Assembly (NCBI RefSeq): GCF_963921235.1
Contig: NC_086108.1
Coordinates: 13,888,001-13,952,000, forward strand
DNA length: 64,000 bases
Direction: 5' to 3'
From: Mobula hypostoma
Taxonomy: Eukaryota
Part shown: positions 38,260-50,584 of the stretch, one piece after another
Position numbering within the stretch: position 1 is the stretch's first letter
How the letters are laid out: each line of letters begins with the position of its first letter
Program-made: the position numbers and the translations under genes
The notes under the pieces: model-generated
Database searches by the model: none
What the model saw: only the letters and a program-made list of their open reading frames with translations
Told to the model about the DNA's origin: nothing

Positions 38260-38760
38260 TAAGATGGCACTGGGGAGGCCCAGCAACTACTCATCAGCAG
38301 CAAACAAAACAAATACAACTAAATACTTTATTAATAACACTTCCTCTGGTAAAAATTTCTGGTAAGGATTACTGCAAACAATGGCGAGGTGAGCGGAGGT
38401 GACGCAGAGTCAAGGCAGGTGGAGGTGAGGCTGAGTCGAGGCAGGTGGAGGTGAGGCTGAGTCGAGGCAGGTGGAGGTGAGGCAGAGTCGAGGCAGGTGG
38501 AGGTGAGGCTGAGTCGAGGCAGGTGGAGGTGAGGCAGAGTCGAGGCGGGTGGAGGTGAGGCAGAGTCGAGGCAGCTGGAGGTGAGGTTGAGTCGAGGTGG
38601 GTGGAGGTGAGGCACAGTCGAGGCGGGTGGAGGTGAGGCAGAGTCGAGGCAGGTGGAGGTGAGGCAGAATCGAGGCGAGTATAGGTGAGCAAAGGCGAGT
38701 CCAATGCACCAAAACCGAGAGCGAGGAAAGACCCGGAGTCTAAGCACCAGACTGATGTTG
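38260..38760 (+). mobile_element. 5' part of the 16986-17730 non-autonomous family, carrying a minisatellite
   Basis: Begins AAGATGGC. acaactaaatactttattaata...ggtaaggattactgcaaacaatg..gaggtgagc matches the reverse complement of 17600-17730. Confidence 0.65.
38385..38690. repeat. 26-bp G-rich minisatellite, about 11-12 copies
   Basis: Unit aggcaggtggaggtgaggc(a/t)gagtcg. Confidence 0.95.
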
Positions 38761-38799
38761 AAATGTCAGATACAGGTCAAAACGTGGCCTGTATTTTTA

Positions 38800-39510
38800 C
38801 ACATTTCCTTAATCTGTTTACATATCTGTTCCTTAATGGCTTTTGGGGAGTCTGTAATACAATCTCATTAGTGTGATTGAACCCTTCCTATTCCTGACCT
38901 CTACCCAAACGGACTCAGTTTCTCAACCCTCCATTATGTCTCCCCTAAGTGCAGCTGTGATATTGTCCCCGATTAGTAGTGTAACTCCCCCACCCCCTTT
39001 ACTTCCTTCTCTATCTTCTCTAAAGCTTAAAAACCTGGTACATGAACCATCCATTCCAACCCCTCTCTCATCCAAGCTTCTGTCATGGCCTCAACATCGT
39101 AGTTCCATGTACTGATCCATGCTCTAAGTTCATCACCTTTACCCATCATATTTCCAGCATTAAAGGACACGCACTTCAAACTATCTGACCCATCATACCT
39201 GTTATTTTGATTTTGCCTTTCAATAATTTCCATGACATTTACCTTCCTGTTCAATCCTTCACTTCCTGACCTGGTGCTCCTGTTCCCAGCTGCCTGCAAA
39301 ACCAGTTTAACTTCTCCTGAGTAACATTAGCAAACCTCCCAGCCTGGATATTAGTTCCCCTCCAGTTCAGGTGCTACCATCCCTCTTGTATAGGTCACCC
39401 CTTCCCCAGAAAAGGTTCCAGTGATCCAGGAACTCGGTATGATGGTGCACCATCTCCTTTTTCATTCATTCATCCATGCTATCACCCCATTCCTACCTGC
39501 ACTAGCCTGC
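38800..39510 (-). mobile_element. CR1 fragment (ORF1 end to APE start)
   Basis: LKCVSFNA...GK.DELRAWISTWNYD..A.TE.W (39027-39299). Confidence 0.85.
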
Positions 39511-39952
39511 ACCAAGTAATTATAGTTACCCATTATATCTGAGACCTTCCATCCGTTTCCATCATGAGCTCACCAAGACACCACAGTATCTATCCATCCA
39601 GTTACGCAACTACCTATCTGTGTAACTCACTCAGCTATTGAACAAATACATTTTTAACATCTTCTTTAACAGTAACCACAATTCATTGCCATGTGAGTGA
39701 CAGACTTATAGCAAGTTATATCGGTGAATGAGTATGCTTGAAGAAATTAAAGGGACTAAAATCTAACAGAGACAGCCCCATTGAAAATGGAATTTTTGTT
39801 GGTGAATATTTACAATACTGAAAAGAACTTGTGATCAGAAGCAGAAAATTTGAACTGCCACTTGAAAGCGGAAGCATTAAAATTGGGAACTCGGCAAATT
39901 AAATGTTATGTTTTGTGAAAATAATGGAAAATAATAAGGATCTGGTAAAGAC

Positions 39953-40135
39953 CTGGTAGGCACAGTCAATGTGTTTTTTGAAAGCCATGAAGTTGGGAAG
40001 GTTGGACAGGGTGAGCTTCCTCAATAAGTATCGTTCAATAACACTCACATCCACCGTAATGAAGTTCTTCAAGTAGTTGGTTCTCGCTTGAATGAACTCC
40101 CGCTTGAGCAAGGACCTGGACTTGCTGCAATTTGC
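39953..40135 (-). other. Unidentified coding-like segment (exon or pseudogene relic): ANCSKSRSLLKREFIQARTNYLKNFITVDVSVIERYLLRKLTLSNLPNFMAFKKHIDCAYQ
   Basis: 61 open codons, 42 ending in G/C, next to AT-rich DNA. Bounded by AG and GT, both weak. No TE motif recognised. Confidence 0.45.
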
Positions 40136-40169
40136 CTACAGCTGCTGTATCTTCTACTTCCTTATTGCG

Positions 40170-40630
40170 AGACCACAATTAGTGCAGAAAGGCAATGACA
40201 TCACCTCCACACTGACGATTAACACTGGTGCTCCTTAAGGATGTAAGCTTAATCAACAGCTCCACTCTCTATCCCCATGACTGCGGCTAAGAACAGCATA
40301 AACATCTATAAATTTACTGATGACACCAGGACTGTTGGTGGAATTTCAGATGGCAGTGTGGTGGTTTACAGGAGTGAGACAGATTGACTGGTTGAGTGCT
40401 GTTGCCACAAACACTTTGCACTCAACATCAGCAAGACCAAGGAACTGATTGAGAACTTCAGGAAGGAGAAGTTGGGAAAACACCCAAGCCCCCTTTGAGG
40501 GGTCAGCACTTGAAAGAGTTTGCAGCTGCAAGTTCCTGGGCTTCAACATCTCAGAGGATCTATCCTGGACCCAACACATTGATATAAACATGAAGAAGGT
40601 GCTCCAGTGGTCCCACTTCATAGGAGTAGC
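40170..40630 (+). mobile_element. Rex1/Babar-like RT fragment
   Basis: STLTINTGAP.G, YKFTDDT, LNISKTKELI and KFLG.NISEDLSW. Confidence 0.8.
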
Positions 40631-41089
40631 GTAAGCAGCTTGCACCAAGCTGCTGCAAATCTGAATTCAAAACAGAAAATGTTGGAAATACCCTGCATCC
40701 GTGGAGAAAGAAACAGGAACTGCACATGAGGAGAAAGAAACAGGAACTGAAGATTTTGGTCCCTTTATTTACTCCTCAGTGTCCTGTCCCTCAGTGGCAT
40801 CATTCAGGAACACAGCATCCATTTGCAAGTGACCATATCGAGCCCACACCTCTCTACCAGGTGCCTTCCCACCCACTCTGAGATGAGATTCAGGCCACGA
40901 ATCACAGCACCAGCAAAGCAATCCATCAGTTCCATGTTTCCATTCCCTAACTAGCCCTTGGCTCTCTGTCCATAATTTCTTCCACCCTCATATCCTTTGC
41001 TCTCCCCCAGATTCCCCTGCCTTCAGGCGTCAGGTGTAGCAGTACATTATTAAGTGTTCCTATAGTCTTTGATTATTGTTCATCATATT

Positions 41090-42260
41090 CAACCTTCACC
41101 CTACTCCAATCCATTCCTTTCTCCTCCCTCTGAATCTTCACCCTACTCCAATCCATTCCATTCACTTCCCTCCGAACCTTCACCCTACTCCAATCCATTC
41201 CATTCACTTCCATCTGAATCTTCACCCTACTCCAATCCATTCCATTCACATCCATCTGAATCTTCACCCCACTCCAATCCATTCCTTTCTCCTTCCTCTG
41301 AATCTTCACCCTACTCCAATCCATTCCATTCACTTCCCTCCGAACCTTCACCCTACTCCAATCCATTCCATTCACTTCTATCTGAATCTTCACCCTACTC
41401 CAATCCATTCCATTCACATCCATCTGAATCTTCATCCCACTCCAATCTATTCCTTTCTCCTTCCTCTGAATCTTCACCCTACTCCAATCCATTCCATTCA
41501 CTTCCCTCCAAACCTTCACCCTACTCCAATCTATTCCATTCACCTCCATCTGAATCTTCACCCTAATCCAATCCATTCCATTCACTTCCATCTGAATCTT
41601 CACCCTACTCCAATCCATTCCATTCACATCCATCTGAATCTTCACCCCACTCCAATCCATTCCTTTCTCCTTCCTCTGAATCTTCACCCTACTCCAATCC
41701 ATTCCATTCACTTCCCTCCGAACCTTCACCCTACTCCAATCTATTCCATTCACCTCCATCTGAATCTTCACCCTACTCCAATCCATTCCATTCACTTCCA
41801 TCTGAATCTTCACCCTACTCCAATCCATTCCATTCACATCCATCTGAATCTTCACCCCACTCCAATCCATTCCATTCACCTCCATCTGAATCTTCACCCT
41901 ACTCCAATCCATTCCATTCACCTCCATCTGAATCTTCACCCTACTCCAATCCATTCCATTCACTTCCATCTGAATCTTCACCCTACTCCAATCCATTCCA
42001 TTCACTTCCATCTGAATCTTCACCCTACTCCAATCCATTCCATTCACTTTCATCTGAATCTTCACCCTACTCCAATCCATTCCATTCACCTCCATCTGAA
42101 TCTGCACCCTACTCCAATCCATTCTGTTCACTTACCTCTGAATCTTCACCCTACTTCAATCCATTCCATTCACCTCCATCTGAATCTTCACTCTACTCCA
42201 ATCCATTCCATTCCATTCATTTCCCTCTGGACCTTCACCCTACTCCAATCCATTCTGTTC
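41090..42260. repeat. 42-bp pyrimidine-rich minisatellite, about 28 units, with higher-order organisation
   Basis: Unit tgaatcttcaccctactccaatccattccattcacttccatc and variants; 14-aa periodicity in the ORF track. Confidence 0.97.
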
Positions 42261-42489
42261 GCCTCCCTCTAACTCTTCAGTTTCTTCAAACCTACCTCTG
42301 TCCAACTTTTGATCACCTTTATTCTACCTTAACTTACCCTGTTTCGAACTTTGTCTTTATCCCTTGGGAAAATGGGAAATGTTACTATGTTAAATTTTAC
42401 TATGTTACTGTGTATACATGTGCAAGTTATTATTGTACAGTCTGTATATCTGCGTTTGCCCATGTCTTCATTGGGTTTTGTTATTACAA

Positions 42490-42612
42490 GTGTGTGCTTG
42501 TGTTGTGTCTGTGTATGTTCATGGGAAAATGTATCTGTGTCTTACTGTGTTTATGTGCATGTGTGTGTATGTGTACATATGTGTGTGTGTGCACATGTGA
42601 GTGAGAGAGAGT
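42490..42612. repeat. Degenerate (TG)n microsatellite ending in (GA)n
   Basis: Direct inspection. Confidence 0.85.
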
Positions 42613-42763
42613 GAGGATCGATGCAGTGAGCTTCATATGAGATGTGAGTGGATTTGCTGAAGCCATTGTTCACTGCCCCCTCTGGTATCATTCTGCAGTG
42701 ACTGAGCAAGTCCCTCACTCACTCTTTCTCTCTGTCACTCTCTCTCTCTCTTGCCTCTTCAAG

Positions 42764-42818
42764 GAAGCTTACTTTGAAGGGCTCCGAAGCTGACACACGA
42801 AGCACACACTCAACTCAG
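42764..42818 (+). other. Candidate plus-strand exon (5' UTR or short coding)
   Basis: About 45-nt CT tract plus ttcaag acceptor, and consensus donor CAG|gtaagt, in TE-free sequence. Confidence 0.4.
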
Positions 42819-43929
42819 GTAAGTGCCCGTTACATTTTATATATTGGGACTGTGTGAGTGAATGGCTCATGTTGGTGTGGAGCCTCACTTTGTCGCCAGC
42901 TGGTTCTCTCACACACATCGGCAGAAGCGTTCACACAAAGGCGATCTTGAAGGTGATGAAGCCTGCTGCCTGTTCCTGCCTCATTCTGTCTGCTGCTGAC
43001 AAGCATTCAACAAGCACATTCAACTGAAAATAATGCTTCACTGATTCGATCATTCTTTTCAGAGCATTCAACAGGCTCGCAGCCTTTGAAGACATGTTTT
43101 GGTTTATGTCTCATGGAATTGCTGTATATTCTGACAAATAAATTGCCAGACTCACGTCTTTGAGTGGAACTTGCTTTGAATCTGATACTGCCCAAATCAA
43201 GTTAGCCATCAAGTGTGTGAGCAGGGCAAGACACAGAGATCTGGGTGTGTTCCCACAACAGGCACAGCTCAGGGTACGTGTCCAACTTTCAGATCAGTAA
43301 TTTTTGCCAGATTTTAGTACTGATCCAAAGCGCTGAGCAAACCAAGATACGTTGGGCAGAAGCCAGACGGACAGTAGCTATCTCTACGGTTTAGTTCCAC
43401 TCCCACTGACTCTGTCCACTTAATGATTCCATGCACCCCACTCTCACTGGGATAGAGGTTCAGGGTTCCTTTCATTGGGCACTGATGCTCACACAGAAGC
43501 TACTCCACTGTCAGCAGCTCTCATCCAACACCCATTGGCTCTCTTGAGGTTACAGCTCCCATAAATGATACACCATTACTCCCAAGGGTCACCAACACTA
43601 ACAGCTGACCTAATACCTGACACTAATACCTGACTCTCGCTAGGTAGGCACAATCGTTAGGATACTTAGTTGGTTACTGTTGCAGTGACACTAACACTCA
43701 CTGGGGATTGGGGCCTCTACTCACCTACTGGGTTAAAAACAAAATAACTTGTCAGGTCAGGATGAATGTCTGTGTTCCAGCTCTGACAGAAGCTAGGAAT
43801 CAAACACGTTTTAAATATCTGAGGAGGGTCAGGAATGCGAGAACAAAGAGGGTCAGTGATTGGGTGGAGCCCAGAGAGACCGAGTGGTTCAAATTGCAGT
43901 GCTGGCTGAGAGAGAGTGGCAAAGGTTTA

Positions 43930-45085
43930 TCAATGCAACACACACAAACCACTGGCTAACTTGGCAGGCCAGGCAGCATCTAAGGAAAAGAGTAAACAGT
44001 CAATGTTTCGGGTCGGGACCCTTCAGCAGAACTGGAGAGAAGAGATGAGAAGTCAGAGCAAGAAGGTAGGGGGAGGGAAGGAAGAAGGACAAGGTAGTTG
44101 GTGATAGGTGAAACCGGGAGAGGGGGAGGGATGAAGTAAAGAGATGGGAAACTGATGGGTGAAAGAGATAAAGGGCTGGAGAAGGGGAATTCGGACAAGA
44201 GAGCACAGAAGGCCACGGACGAAAAGGAAGGGGAAGGAGCACCAGAGGGAGGTGATGGGCAGGTAAGGAGATAAGGTGAGAGAGGGAAAAGGGAATGGGG
44301 AATGGTGAAGGGGGGGCATTATCATAAGTTTGAGAAATCGATGTTTATGCCATCAGGTTGGGGGCTATGCAGATGCAATGTAAGCTGTTTCTCATCTAAC
44401 CTAAGTGTGACCTCATCATGACAGTGGAGGAGGCCATGGACTGACACGTCAGAATGGGAATGGGAAGTAGAATTGAAATGGGTGGCCACTGGGCGATTCC
44501 ACTTTTTCTGGCTGACGAAACATAGGTGCTCAGCGAAGTGATCTCCCAATCTACGCAGGGTCTCACCGCTTTACTGGAGGCCAAGCCAGGAGCACTGTGT
44601 ACAGTAGGTGACCCCAACAGACTCACAGGTGAAGTGTCGAAGGACTGATTGGGGACCTGGATGGTAGTGAGGGAGGAGCTGTCGTACTTGTCCACTTACA
44701 AGGATAGGTGCCAGGAGGGAGATCAGAGGGGAGGGACGAATGGACAAGGGAGTCACGTAGCGAGAGACTTCTGCAGAAAGTGGGGGGAAAGGGAAAGATG
44801 TGCTTGGTGAAGGGATCCCATTGGAGATGGTGGAAGTTATGGAGAATTATGTGATAGATGTGAAGGCTGCTGGGGTGATAGATGAGGACAAGATGAACCC
44901 TGTCCCTGGTGGAATGGCATGAGAATGGGGTGAGGGCAGACATGCGCGACATGGAAAAGATGCGATTGAGGAAGGAAAGCCCCTTTCTTTGAAGAAGGCA
45001 GACATCTCATTAGTTCTGTAATGAAAAGCCTCACCCTGAGAGCAGATGCGGCAGAGACAGAGGAATTGAGAGAAGGGGAAGGCAC
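43930..45085 (-). mobile_element. Penelope-like element (GIY-YIG region plus pLTR, hammerhead remnant 43997-44034)
   Basis: RHFTCESVGV.YC..CS and GDHFAEHL...PVATHFN...SVHGL; pLTR homologous to 2200-2570. Confidence 0.9.
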
Positions 45086-45279
45086 TTTTACAAGATTTAT
45101 TAATTACTGCTGGTAAGTGTGAATGAGATGTAAATGGAGGGATATAGGAGGGTGATGAGAGAGTGAGGAATTGCAGGAAATCTTAAATAAATGAGAGCAC
45201 CTGTGAAGAGAGTACACCTGAGTTTAATATTACAGATGGAATAAACTTCCATCAAATCTGGCAATTTTTTGTCACACAA

Positions 45280-46330
45280 TTTAAGGATTGGTTACATGAA
45301 ATCACTGAAATCAAAGTTAAGCCCTGATGGTTGTAATGAGACCTGTCAGAAGATGAGGTGCTATTCCTTGAGAGAGGAGATGAGTCTGCCCATAAGACCT
45401 CAGACTTACATTCATGATGATCTTGGTGCTATATCTTGCTCTTGTACAAAACTCAGAGATTCATCGCCTTTGCTGCCAACTTCCATCAGGACTCATTTCT
45501 GCGTGATCCATTCCTGACTGCGTCTTGCCTTTCCTCAATTGTTTTTCCCACTCAGTAGATCAGTTCACCATCAAGATCCATTACAAGCCTACTGTCTCCC
45601 ATAGCCAACTTAATGACACCTCCTTACACCTTGCCACCCAAAACTCTACAATCCAATCTCCCAGTTCCTCCATCCCCATTCTATGTCTGATAACACAAAT
45701 TTCTACATTAATGTCTTTAAGATGTCTTCCTTTTTTCTTAACAGTGGCTTCCTCGCTGCCATTTGCCAGGGACCTCAACAGTACCAGTTCCATTTCATTC
45801 CCTTCTACCTTCAGCCAAGGATAGAGTTCCCCTTGTTCACACCTTACACCCATCAGCCCCTACATTCAACAGGTCATCCTCTGTAATTGTTGACATCTGT
45901 AGAGCAATTCCCCCACTACACCTGTCTTCTCCTCCTGAAAGGAACAAGTCTTTAATAGCTCTATGAACCACTCTTCCACTTCTACCAAGCCACTTTCCAG
46001 CACAACCACAGGAGAGGTAATGTTACCTTTGCTTTTATTTCCTCTCTTTGCACCACCCAGTGACCCGAACAGCCCTTCTGGATGAAGCAGCAATTCCTGT
46101 ATGCTTCTTCCAATCTATTGCACCGCATCAACTGCCTGTAATGTGGTCTTTTCTACATGGAGAACTGGGTGACAGTGCTGTGGAGCATATGTGCAACGTG
46201 CAGGGAACTTGTGTGATCTGTGGACACCAAACTGTGCCCAGCACCACAGTCTGTGGTATGACCTTTGTGCTTCATGTGTACCATTCAGGTGGATTTTGTC
46301 ATACTTGATGTATCTTGCATATGAACCATG
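45280..46330. mobile_element. Highly degenerate PLE fragments
   Basis: Residual motifs YKPT.SH..L...S.H and DRVPLV.T.HP. Confidence 0.55.
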
Positions 46331-46689
46331 CCTTGGAGAAACCGCATAATCTATGGTAGGTGTCTGACTAAGAAACATTGTGGGTCATACTAATAGAAGC
46401 AGCTTCTCACATCACTTGACTCACTACGGTTGTGCTATTTAAAGGGATATCTGACCACTTTCACGTGCTTTCACACCAGAAGCTCTCTAGGAGAAAGAAG
46501 TCTTAAGACATCAAAGCAAAAATGCCAGCATTTCAATTGTCACCAAGTCTTACAGTACAATATGACGGACACTAGACCTCACAATCTACCTTGTCATGGC
46601 CTTGCACCTTATTGTCTGTCTGCACCGCACTTTCTTTGAAACTGTAACACAATCCTGCATTCTGTTACTGCTTACCCCTTTTCTCTGTG

Positions 46690-47872
46690 GGCGGAAATCA
46701 GTGCGAGAAGTTGTTCATTGGTGACGCAGCGCAAGGTTTAAAAAGCTTGGGTGTTTTTGGACTTTTCTCAGTGGGCATTAATAAAAAGCAAGAACGTGTA
46801 AGTGGAGCAGCTATTGCTGCTGTGGCCATTGTTGGAGTGGGCAATGATAAAGTGTGCAATGATAGAGTAGTACAGCTTTGTCTCAACAGGCTTGGGCAAG
46901 CACGGGTGGTGGTTCTAAATAAGTAAGTAAGGAAGCTTCTTGGAAGTTTTTCTTCCTGTTAGCACATAGCACACAGGTGCAGAGTACACCTGTGGCCATT
47001 CACCTCAATAATAAGTATACGGGTTCAGATACTACTGAGGGGGATGAGCTACCAGGGGAGTCACAGTGACTGGGTCTGGTGCTGTGGCTCAGAAGAGCAG
47101 AGAGGTGAAGAGGACTGCAGTGTTGATAGGAGATTCCTTAGTCAAAGGAACGGAGACAAGGTTCTGTGGGTGCGATAGAGACACATGGATGATATGTTGC
47201 CTACCTGGTGCCAGGATCAGGGATGTCTCTGATCAGGTCCATGACATTCTCAAAGGTGAGGGTGAGCAGCTAGATGTCTTGGTGCATATTGGCACAAATG
47301 ACCAAGGTAGACAAGGTGAGGAGGTTCTGAAGAAAGATTTTAGGAAGCTAGGTAGAAAGTGCAGAAACAGGATCTCCAGGGTAGTAACCTCTGGATTGTT
47401 GCCTGTTCCACATGCCAGTGAGAGTAAGAATAGGATGATTTGGCAGGTTGAATGTGTGGCTGAGGAAATGGTGCAGGGGGCGGGGGTTCAGATTTCTGGA
47501 TCATTGAGATCTCTTCCGGGGAAGGTACAAGTTACACCTGAACCAGAGGGGTCCAATATCTTTGCGGGCAGGTTGGCTAGGGTTACTCAAGAAGGTTTAA
47601 ACTGATTTGGCAGGGTGATGGGAACTGGAATGATTGTGCTGAAGATGAGGTAGCTGGTTTACAAACAGAGGCAATGTGTAGTGAGGAGAGGCTGTTGAAA
47701 GGGCAAAATTGCAGTTAACAGAATGAGTTGCAATGTAAAAGGTGGACAAAATTGCAAGGGGTGAATACGGACTGAAGGTGTTATATTTGAATGCACGCAG
47801 TATATGGAATAAGGCGGATAAACTTGTAGCACAGTTACAGATTGGCATGTATGATGTTGTAGGCATCACGGA
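46690..47872 (+). mobile_element. CR1 5' half: 5' UTR, partly deleted ORF1 with SGNH esterase (47066-47605), APE start
   Basis: VLIGDSLV, CLPGARI.DV and VHIGTND, then LYLNARSI.NK...DVVGITES, cut by a Rex1-like tail. Confidence 0.88.
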
Positions 47873-48530
47873 ATCAAAGTTCAAAGTAAAGTTTATTATC
47901 AGAGTGCATGCATGTCACCACATACAACCCTGAGGTTCTTTCTCTGCAGGCATACTTAGAAAATCTATAGAACAGTAACTGTAAACTGTAAACATCAGGA
48001 ACTATAAACAAATTGTCCAATGCAGATATAAATAGATAGCAATACATAACGAGCATGAAACAGGGTCCTTAAATGAGTGTAGTTATCCTCTTTTGTTCAA
48101 GAGCCTGATGGTTGAGGGTAGTAACTGTTCTTGAACCTCCAGGTGTAAGTCCTGAGGCTCTTGTACCTTCTACCTCATGGTAGCAGTGAGAAAAGAGCAT
48201 AACCTGAGTGGTGAGGACCTGTGATGATGGATGCTGCTCAATAGTCGGGAGGGTTTTACCTGTGATGTACTGGGCTGAGTCCACCGCCTTTCTGCTCAGA
48301 AGCATTGGTGTTCCCATACCAGGCTGTACTGCCGCCGGTTAGCAGACATTCCACCCAATATCCATAGAAGTTTGCCAAGGTTTTTAATGACATGCCGAAC
48401 CTCTGCAGACTCCTGAGGAAGTAGAGGCACTGTCGTGCTTTCTTCGCAATTATATTTATATGATGGGTCCAGGACAGGTCCTCTGAGATAGTGACACCCA
48501 GGAATTTAGGGTTACTGACCCTCTCCAGTA
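47873..48530 (-). mobile_element. Rex1/Babar-like LINE 3' part
   Basis: KFLGVTISEDLSW..HI....KKARQ.LYFLR.L..FGMS; (TTTGAAC)-like tail. Confidence 0.85.
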
Positions 48531-48534
48531 ACCT

Positions 48535-50522
48535 ATGATCAGCAGCCAATCAGTGTCAGAGATTGATTAGTAAGAGAAAATTAAAGGAAGGCAGGGCAAA
48601 TGCGGCAGCCATCGTTGCAGTGACTGTCATCTGAGTGGACATAGTCAGAGTGGTGATCTTGAAGCTTTAGCTCTTCAGGGCTTCAGTGAAAAGAGGCTTC
48701 ACTCAGAGAAAGCAAAGGAAAGAAAAGCTCAAGATTTTCCATCTCTTTTTCATATCTGCTCTGCTAGGTAGAGATGACAGGCAGGAGAGTGGAATACATC
48801 TCTTGTGGGATGTTGGGAGGCAGCAAGACCTCCAGTGTCCCTGATGACCACAACTGCAAGAAGTGCATCTACCTGCAGCTACTAACAATCCACGTTAAGG
48901 AGTCAGAGCTGGAACTGGATGAGCTCCGCATCATTCGGGAGGCTGGGAGGTGATAGACAGGACATATAGAGAGGTAGTTACACCCAAGGTGCAGGACACA
49001 GGAAACTGGGTGACAGTCAGGAAGGGGAAGGGGGTTAAGGAACCAGTTCAGAGACCCCTGTGGCCACCCCCCCTCACTTTAAAAACAGGTATATCACTTT
49101 GAATACTATCAGTGGGGATGACCTAACAGAGGAATATCACAGTGGTCGGCTCTCTGGCACCCAGTCTGCCTCTGTGCCTCAGAGGGAAGTAGGAAGAAGA
49201 GGCACACTGTGGTTAAAGTGGGATTTGTTAGTTTGGGGAATGGACAGAAGGTTCTGTAGGTGAGAACGAGAATCACACATGCTATGTTGCCTCCCGGGAT
49301 ATCTCAGATCAAGTCCTCAGCATTCTTAAGTAGGAAGGTGAACAGCCAGAAGTCATGGTCGGTGTAGGTACCAATGACGTGGGTACGACAAGTGACGAGG
49401 TTCTGTACAGGGAGTTTAGGAAGTTAGGTGCTAAGTTAAAGGTCAAGATCTCCAGGATTGTGATCTCAGGATTGCTACCGCATGCTAGTGAGGCCAGAAC
49501 TAGGAAGATTATACAGTTTAATACGTGGCTAAGGAGTTGGTGTAGGAGGGAGGGACAAGACTTTTGGATCATTGGGCTCTCATCCAGGGAAGGTGAGACC
49601 TATACAGAAGGGACAGCTTGCACTTGAACTGGAGTGGGAACTAATATCTTAGTGGGAAAGTTTGTTAATGCTGCACAGAGGGGTTTAAACAAGAGTTGCA
49701 GGGGGATGGGAACCGGAGTGCCAGATCAGTTAGTGGAGACGTTGTGGAGGCAGATGTTAGTAAGACCTCAGACAAAGATAGAAACCAAAAGGTTGAGCAC
49801 GGTGCGACTAGTGTCCTGAGCTGCATACATTTCAATGCAAAAGTATTGTAGGAAGGTTGGATAATATTGCTGAAGATGAGGTAGCTGGTTTACAGAGGCA
49901 ATGTGTAGTGAGGTGAGGCTGTTGAAAGGGCAAAATTGAAGTCAATAGGATGAGTTGCAACGTAAAAGGCAGACAAAATCGAAAAGGGTGAATACAGGAC
50001 TGAAGATGTTGTATCTGTATGCGCACAGTATACTGAGTAAGGTAGATGAATTTGTAGCACAGCTGCAGATTGGCAGGTTTGATGTTGTAGGCATTACTGA
50101 ATCATGGCTGAAATATAATAGCTGGGAGCTTAATGTCCATGGATACACATTGTATTGAAAGGATAGGCAGGAAGACAGAGTTGCTCTGTTGATAAAAAAT
50201 GAAATTATATCATTAGAAAGAGGTGACAGAGAGACAGAAAGTGTTGAATGACTGTGGATAGAGCTAAGGAACTGCAAGGGTAAAAAGACTCTGAGGGAGT
50301 TATACACAGACCCCTAAACAGCAGTAAGGATGTGAACTATAAATTACGAGAGATAAAAAGGGCAAGACTGCAAGGGCGTGGGGGATTTCAGTATGCAGGT
50401 AGATTAGGCAAAACAGTTCGGTGCTGGATTGCAAGAGGGAGACTTTCTAGAATGATTACAAGATGGCTTTTTCGAGCAGCTCATGGTTGAGCCCATTAGG
50501 GGATCAGCTATTCTGGATTGGC
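48535..50522 (+). mobile_element. CR1 5' half (5' UTR, ORF1 zinc-finger/coiled-coil/esterase, doubled APE start), 3'-truncated
   Basis: C.KC..L.LL...V.E.ELELDELRII, VGTND, two successive NAxS-type endonuclease starts and APE motifs up to about 50520. Confidence 0.85.
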
Positions 50523-50584
50523 ATCCTCTTAAATAATATTTAAAAGAATGCCAAAAATTTCTTCAGATACATAAAGCGTAAAAG

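Noticed and set aside
38331..38747. Pro/Ser-rich ORFs and a CRISPR-like periodic appearance
   Set aside because: Head-to-tail 26-bp tandem repeat without unique spacers; no cas genes; eukaryotic context.
39953..40135. Naming this peptide IL-34, IL-7, FLT3L or MAVS
   Set aside because: Only scattered by-eye residue matches, mutually incompatible, and the exon boundaries do not fit the IL-34 or IL-7 gene structures as I recall them.
41069..42272. Long ORFs of 398, 352 and 165 aa
   Set aside because: By-products of a 42-bp (multiple of 3) tandem repeat; no start context or splice support.
43156..43260. Minus-strand hydrophobic frame SLCLALLTHLMANLIWAVSDSKQVPLKD ending at GAC|gtgagt, in phase with the 40135 segment
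   Set aside because: Tempting as a cytokine-like leader exon, but there is an in-frame upstream stop, no good acceptor or well-placed ATG, and the 40135 acceptor is weak. Not supportable without transcripts.
47066..47605. Host SGNH/GDSL lipase gene
   Set aside because: It is the esterase domain of CR1 ORF1: multicopy in the window, frameshifted and directly followed by the APE start.
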